Source: a virus (Duplodnaviria; Caudoviricetes). From it: 55,270 nucleotides of DNA. The stretch lies in the IMG/VR virus record IMGVR_UViG_3300032156_000013, positions 1-55,270 of that record; one strand, 5' to 3'. Under the pieces are notes generated by a model. The model searched no databases and was not told the origin of the DNA. It saw nothing but the letters and a program-made list of their open reading frames with translations. Position 1 is the first letter of the stretch. The number at the start of each line of letters is the position of its first letter. A program made the translations under genes and the position numbers. Shown in pieces: positions 51,884 through 55,270 of the stretch.

Positions 51884-52726
51884 CTAGAATAATAATTCCG
51901 AGATAGCTTTTATTCTATTCCTAGCTCTTTCACAATCCTTAGGATTAATTTCTATTCCGATGTACCTACGCCCTAATTCTTTACAAGCTACTGCTGTTGT
52001 ACCTGAACCAAGAAAGGGATCAATAATGATATCATTTTTATTAGACCAATAAGAAATAAATTTTTCCATTACAGATATCGGCTTTTGTGTTGGATGACAT
52101 CTTCTACCATCTTCTTTCGTAGTATGCCCTACAATGGGTCTTATCCCCCAATCCTTTGCTTGCCCTAGTTGATAATTATAAGTTAACTTACCTCCTGGTT
52201 TTTGCCACATACCAATTATTTCCCATCCATTCATCCATTTTACTTTTCTTGCTTGTGGGACTGGGTTTGATTTTAAATCTGCATAGTATCCTTTTACTTT
52301 AAAAAGGTATTTATCTTGGAGATACCTACTTAAAAGATTAATTTTGTCTCGGTCAAAATAAGAACAAAACATCCCACCACATCGTAAAACACGTACCACT
52401 TCGTCAATCCATTTAAAAGTCCAATTAAAAAATTCATCAAGAGAATTAAATTTGTCCCACTCTCCAAAATCTTGTATAATATCTTTACCTTTAAACTTCA
52501 TTTTATTACGACCGCGAGTAATAATAACTTCATTAGATATCATATACGGTGGGTCAGTTAAAGTTAAATCCGCACTTATATCAGGTATCCCCTTCATTAC
52601 TTCTATACAGTCACCTTGTATCACTTGATTTATAAAGTCATCAGGATATTTCATTAATTTATACTCCAATAATTTATCCATAAAGAAATCGCTATTGCTA
52701 TTACTCCAAATATAAATAAAATCCAT
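51884..52726 (-). CDS. Site-specific DNA methyltransferase (N6A/N4C, beta class)
   Basis: GDC, TDPPY, HPTQKP, DPFLGSGTT...GRRYIGIE. Confidence 0.93.
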   Translation of the reverse strand: MDFIYIWSNSNSDFFMDKLLEYKLMKYPDDFINQVIQGDCIEVMKGIPDISADLTLTDPPYMISNEVIITRGRNKMKFKGKDIIQDFGEWDKFNSLDEFFNWTFKWIDEVVRVLRCGGMFCSYFDRDKINLLSRYLQDKYLFKVKGYYADLKSNPVPQARKVKWMNGWEIIGMWQKPGGKLTYNYQLGQAKDWGIRPIVGHTTKEDGRRCHPTQKPISVMEKFISYWSNKNDIIIDPFLGSGTTAVACKELGRRYIGIEINPKDCERARNRIKAISELLF

Positions 52727-52732
52727 AAAAAC

Positions 52733-53278
52733 TTATCTTCTCTTTTCATCTTCTAACTTTCCTTTTATTTTAATCAGTTCGTCTTTCAATTCAATCAGTT
52801 TTAGAATTGTTCGTTTCTTCGCCCCTCCATCTTCTCCTGCCCTTTTTAATAAATCTTCATACAGCCCTTCTCTACGATGTTCTCTCAGCCAATTAATAAA
52901 ACCTGTTTTATCCCTTTTCGGTGAATTCGGTGATAGCGTATGGTCATAGCCACATAAAAGACTCCCGTCTTCAGGATCCCATCTTGTGTTGAAATTTCCT
53001 CTACTAATTATATGATGTGCTTGTGCCCCTGTGCTACTACCTGTCGTTGGATCAGGGGGAAAATATTTTCCACAAACTTCGCAAGTATAATTATAGGTTA
53101 AGTAGATTATCCTTTTCCATAGTTCATCAAGGTCAATTTCCAACAGTCTCCGCTTGGATTTCTTCCCTTTACTTTTCTTTGGTTTTACCAAACTTTCGCT
53201 AACTCTCAACCAATCCTCCGCCTTTGCACCAATCATTACTATTCTTGCCATCATCTCTCCCTCATATCTTAATTCCAA
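52733..53278 (-). CDS. NinG-like HNH-fold recombination nuclease
   Basis: LD.LW......CEVCG...AHHIISR....TRWD..DG..LC...H; true start probably MMARIV. Confidence 0.75.
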   Translation of the reverse strand: MELRYEGEMMARIVMIGAKAEDWLRVSESLVKPKKSKGKKSKRRLLEIDLDELWKRIIYLTYNYTCEVCGKYFPPDPTTGSSTGAQAHHIISRGNFNTRWDPEDGSLLCGYDHTLSPNSPKRDKTGFINWLREHRREGLYEDLLKRAGEDGGAKKRTILKLIELKDELIKIKGKLEDEKRR

Positions 53279-53393
53279 AATACCTCAATACTAGAGCAAC
53301 TGCTATCAATAATAACACAGCGATAAATCCTTTGAACGCTGTCTCTGGTTCTCTTTCAGCATATCTACTCTTTTCGCCGAATCTTGTCCTCAT
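53262..53393 (-). CDS. Small membrane protein (43 aa)
   Basis: MRTRFGEKSRYAEREPETAFKGFIAVLLLIAVALVLRYFGIKI; GGAGGTG SD. Confidence 0.6.
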   Translation of the reverse strand: MRTRFGEKSRYAEREPETAFKGFIAVLLLIAVALVLRYFGIKI

Positions 53394-53405
53394 TATATCA
53401 CCTCC

Positions 53406-53630
53406 TTAAATTATTTTTTTAGATTCAAATCTATAATTCCTTCCCTTAATATCTTTTATTAAATATTTTTTACATTTATCACATAATAAAATTTTATCTT
53501 TATCAGTTCCGGTATAAGAAATTTTTACTTTATATTTCGCTTCGTTATCATAACACTGCATTACTCCTATACCATGTCCAAAATTAGATTTTGAATTCCT
53601 TGCAACATTATCACACATCATAATTATCAC
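53406..53630 (-). CDS. Small Cys-containing hypothetical protein
   Basis: CDN...C.N...LCDKC. Confidence 0.6.
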   Translation of the reverse strand: MIIMMCDNVARNSKSNFGHGIGVMQCYDNEAKYKVKISYTGTDKDKILLCDKCKKYLIKDIKGRNYRFESKKII

Positions 53631-53634
53631 CTCC

Positions 53635-53850
53635 TTATTTTATATCTTCATCGCTAAAATCCATACACCAGTTATCAAAATTGATAATTAAATCCCACGA
53701 TTCAGTATAAAAACAATCAGAATATTTATCTTTCAATTTTGAGACTTCTTTTTGACCAAAGTTTTCATATATACCACTTTTTCTGGCTTTTGCAATAAGT
53801 TTATTTTTAAATTTCTCAATATCTTTTTTAATTTTATCATATTCAGTCAT
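53635..53850 (-). CDS. Hypothetical protein
   Basis: 71 aa; G.YENFGQKE...FD.WC. Confidence 0.7.
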   Translation of the reverse strand: MTEYDKIKKDIEKFKNKLIAKARKSGIYENFGQKEVSKLKDKYSDCFYTESWDLIINFDNWCMDFSDEDIK

Positions 53851-54164
53851 GCCTTCACCTCCTTTAATCCAGATTTTGTTAATATAAACTTTTTGCCTGT
53901 TTCTATAAAACCATTCTTTAAGCTCCTACATCTACCACTTTTTCCATTACAAGGATTGTATTGATTTTGATTACACCAGAATTTTCCACAGTCCCCTTTT
54001 TCAACAAATTCTCCATTCTCTTCACACCACATTTCTCCACCATATTTTCTTTTCATTTCTAATAGTTCCATTTCCTTAATGTCGTCATCTAGCATCATTT
54101 TAAAATCCTTTAATAGGCAAACCCCTTCACCATCAAAATCCTTATCTTCCATAAAGTATCTCAT
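53847..54164 (-). CDS. Cys-rich hypothetical protein
   Basis: WC......CGK..C...Y.P.NGKSGRCR. Confidence 0.7.
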   Translation of the reverse strand: MRYFMEDKDFDGEGVCLLKDFKMMLDDDIKEMELLEMKRKYGGEMWCEENGEFVEKGDCGKFWCNQNQYNPCNGKSGRCRSLKNGFIETGKKFILTKSGLKEVKA

Positions 54165-54419
54165 CTATTTTCCCTCCTTTATATATCTTCTAATTAACGC
54201 CTCTTTGAAATCATTAAACTTTTCTTCAGTCATCCCCCAGTTACCCCTAATTTTAACGATCTGGCTCTCCGTGAGCAAGAACGCCTCTACATCATCCTTC
54301 CCTTCATAGACATATAGACTAGCCATATCCAAAAATCCTTTCTGGAGCTTCAACTTTGGTCTTACATTCGTAAGATCTATATTGAATATCTGGCCCGGCT
54401 CAATATCTTTTACCTTCAT
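54165..54419 (-). CDS. Hypothetical protein
   Basis: 84 aa with a strong SD. Confidence 0.7.
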   Translation of the reverse strand: MKVKDIEPGQIFNIDLTNVRPKLKLQKGFLDMASLYVYEGKDDVEAFLLTESQIVKIRGNWGMTEEKFNDFKEALIRRYIKEGK

Positions 54420-54431
54420 AATCCCCTCCTT

Positions 54432-54842
54432 TTATGCTTTCGTCTCATCTGTTTCTTTTCTTAATTCTTCTATAAAATTATGTGCTATCATCATCGTATA
54501 ATTTGCAGCTTTAACACAACGTTCAATTGCATATCCCTTATCTTTATTTGTTTCAAATTTCATTGACTCAATATCTTCCAATTTTTTCAAATTCTCCAAA
54601 GCTTTATCTCGATAATAATTTAATTCTCCATCAAGCCAACCGCCCTTAAAATCATTCTTTCTTAAATCCTCTTCCATTTCTTGTGCAAACCATCTCAATG
54701 CTGGTCTTAATATCTTCTGCTCTTCATCTATCTCATCCATTATCTGGTCAATTTGCTTTTTATTTATTTGTATATGATGTAAATAATCTTCCATTTTACA
54801 ATTTCCAACTATATCACTAATTTTATCCTTTAATGTAGGCAT
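54432..54842 (-). CDS. Conserved phage protein (all-alpha, possibly a MazG-like fold)
   Basis: WFAQEME..LRKND.KGGW...AANY.MMIA motif. Confidence 0.55.
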   Translation of the reverse strand: MPTLKDKISDIVGNCKMEDYLHHIQINKKQIDQIMDEIDEEQKILRPALRWFAQEMEEDLRKNDFKGGWLDGELNYYRDKALENLKKLEDIESMKFETNKDKGYAIERCVKAANYTMMIAHNFIEELRKETDETKA

Positions 54843-55270
54843 TTTTACCTCCTTCCTCCCCCGGGAATTCTTTTATTTCTACCGGGTAAATATCTTTTAG
54901 GCTATCCTTTAGATAGATAGGAATATTTTTATCTCTACAATAACTGACTATATTTTCTATCCATTCTCTTTTGGGGATAACCTTCCCTTTTCTGTTACCA
55001 GTTTCAACTCCGATAATTATCCACTTAAAATATTTTAAAAGACTCAAGCCAATTATTTTATCAAGAAGTGGCTCAAAAGATATATATTTAATCTTCTTAA
55101 AATCTTTATAGGCAAATTGTAAAAAAGATACATAACTCAAATCATCATCTTTTGTTATAGTTATTCCTAACCAGCAATTCGTAGGAAAAACATATTTCAA
55201 ATATACTTGAGAATGCTTAGTCAAGAATTGAAAAGTATGTTGAGGATATAATTTTACTTTTTCCAATACT
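54823..55270 (-). CDS. DUF5131 (phage gp37/gp68-like) protein, 5' part outside the window
   Basis: PQHTFQFLTK, NCWLG.TI, ISFEPLL, WIIIG.ETG, W...I...C....IPIY.K. Confidence 0.88.
   Translation of the reverse strand, partial: VLEKVKLYPQHTFQFLTKHSQVYLKYVFPTNCWLGITITKDDDLSYVSFLQFAYKDFKKIKYISFEPLLDKIIGLSLLKYFKWIIIGVETGNRKGKVIPKREWIENIVSYCRDKNIPIYLKDSLKDIYPVEIKEFPGEEGGKNAYIKG

Noticed and set aside
270-54309. All plus-strand ORFs in the track
   Set aside because: They lie antisense to well-supported minus-strand genes, show Ser/Phe/Ile-rich shadow composition and have no recognisable motifs.

Overview
This window is a partial genome of a low-GC tailed dsDNA bacteriophage with siphovirus-type architecture (tape measure and tail tube, no sheath). 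Every credible gene is on the minus strand and both ends cut through genes. In transcription order (right to left) it contains: (1) small middle genes (partial DUF5131/gp37-gp68-like protein, NinG-like nuclease, N4/N6 DNA methyltransferase); (2) a separately promoted sugar-modification cassette (SWIM + RarA-C-like protein, SGNH hydrolase, DegT-family aminotransferase, extended SDR epimerase/dehydratase, GT-B glycosyltransferase) followed by a ParB-like gene; (3) packaging and head genes (TerS, TerL, portal, MuF with an ADP-ribosyltransferase tip and a probable immunity gene, XkdF-like protease, scaffold, major capsid protein); (4) neck and tail genes with a -1 frameshifting chaperone pair; (5) a large lysis/envelope cluster (M15 endolysin, holin-like proteins, a transglutaminase-like protein, and a membrane-anchored coiled-coil protein ending in a beta-barrel signal, which suggests a diderm host); (6) a fibre/receptor-binding module built around a 22-aa-repeat protein; and (7) about 11 kb of small early genes (RadC/JAB, DUF2958, DUF5049, HNH, Gam-like, Gp3-like) behind strong sigma70-type promoters. 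No integrase, polymerase, tRNA or CRISPR array was seen. The main signals are a complete type I hammerhead ribozyme in the early transcript (8341-8397), the amino-sugar cassette beside the terminase, a candidate inverted single-chain spanin, a repeat-scaffolded fibre system and a maturation protease apparently split across two genes. All family names come from motif recognition by eye, not from database searches.
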